Shown here one piece after another: positions 63,989 through 64,000 of a stretch of DNA of 64,000 nt; the first letter of the stretch is position 1; each line of letters begins with the position of its first letter. Source of the stretch: Eledone cirrhosa (taxonomy: Eukaryota); assembly GCA_964016885.1 (NCBI GenBank), contig OZ024746.1:54436001-54500000 (forward strand), written 5' to 3'. The notes below the pieces were generated by a model. The model was not told the origin of the DNA and ran no database searches. It saw only the letters and a program-made list of their open reading frames with translations. Both the position numbers and the translations under genes were made by a program.

Positions 63989-64000
63989 AAGGAAGTGTGG

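Overview
AT-rich, microsatellite-dense eukaryotic (metazoan) DNA with no supportable host gene. Repeat content suggests a mollusc, probably a coleoid cephalopod such as Octopus (inference). Main contents: (1) two head-to-tail, full-length but independently mutated Tx1-clade (L1 superfamily) LINEs, each joined at the same register to a 72-bp minisatellite (6671-18950). (2) Many Penelope-like-element (PLE) derivatives in (TA)n tracts. Most are long fold-back inverted repeats carrying type I hammerhead ribozymes (HHRs), some with GIY-YIG coding remnants in the spacer; one is a 1.97-kb non-coding element with HHR-bearing direct repeats. (3) A ~420-450-bp tandem repeat with one minimal HHR per unit (retrozyme-like). 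(4) A 5S rRNA retrocopy fused to a PLE arm. (5) Two SINE families, RTE and R4/Dong-like LINE remnants, and a small TA-flanked MITE. Alignments and RNA folds were done by eye, so coordinates may be off by a few bases.
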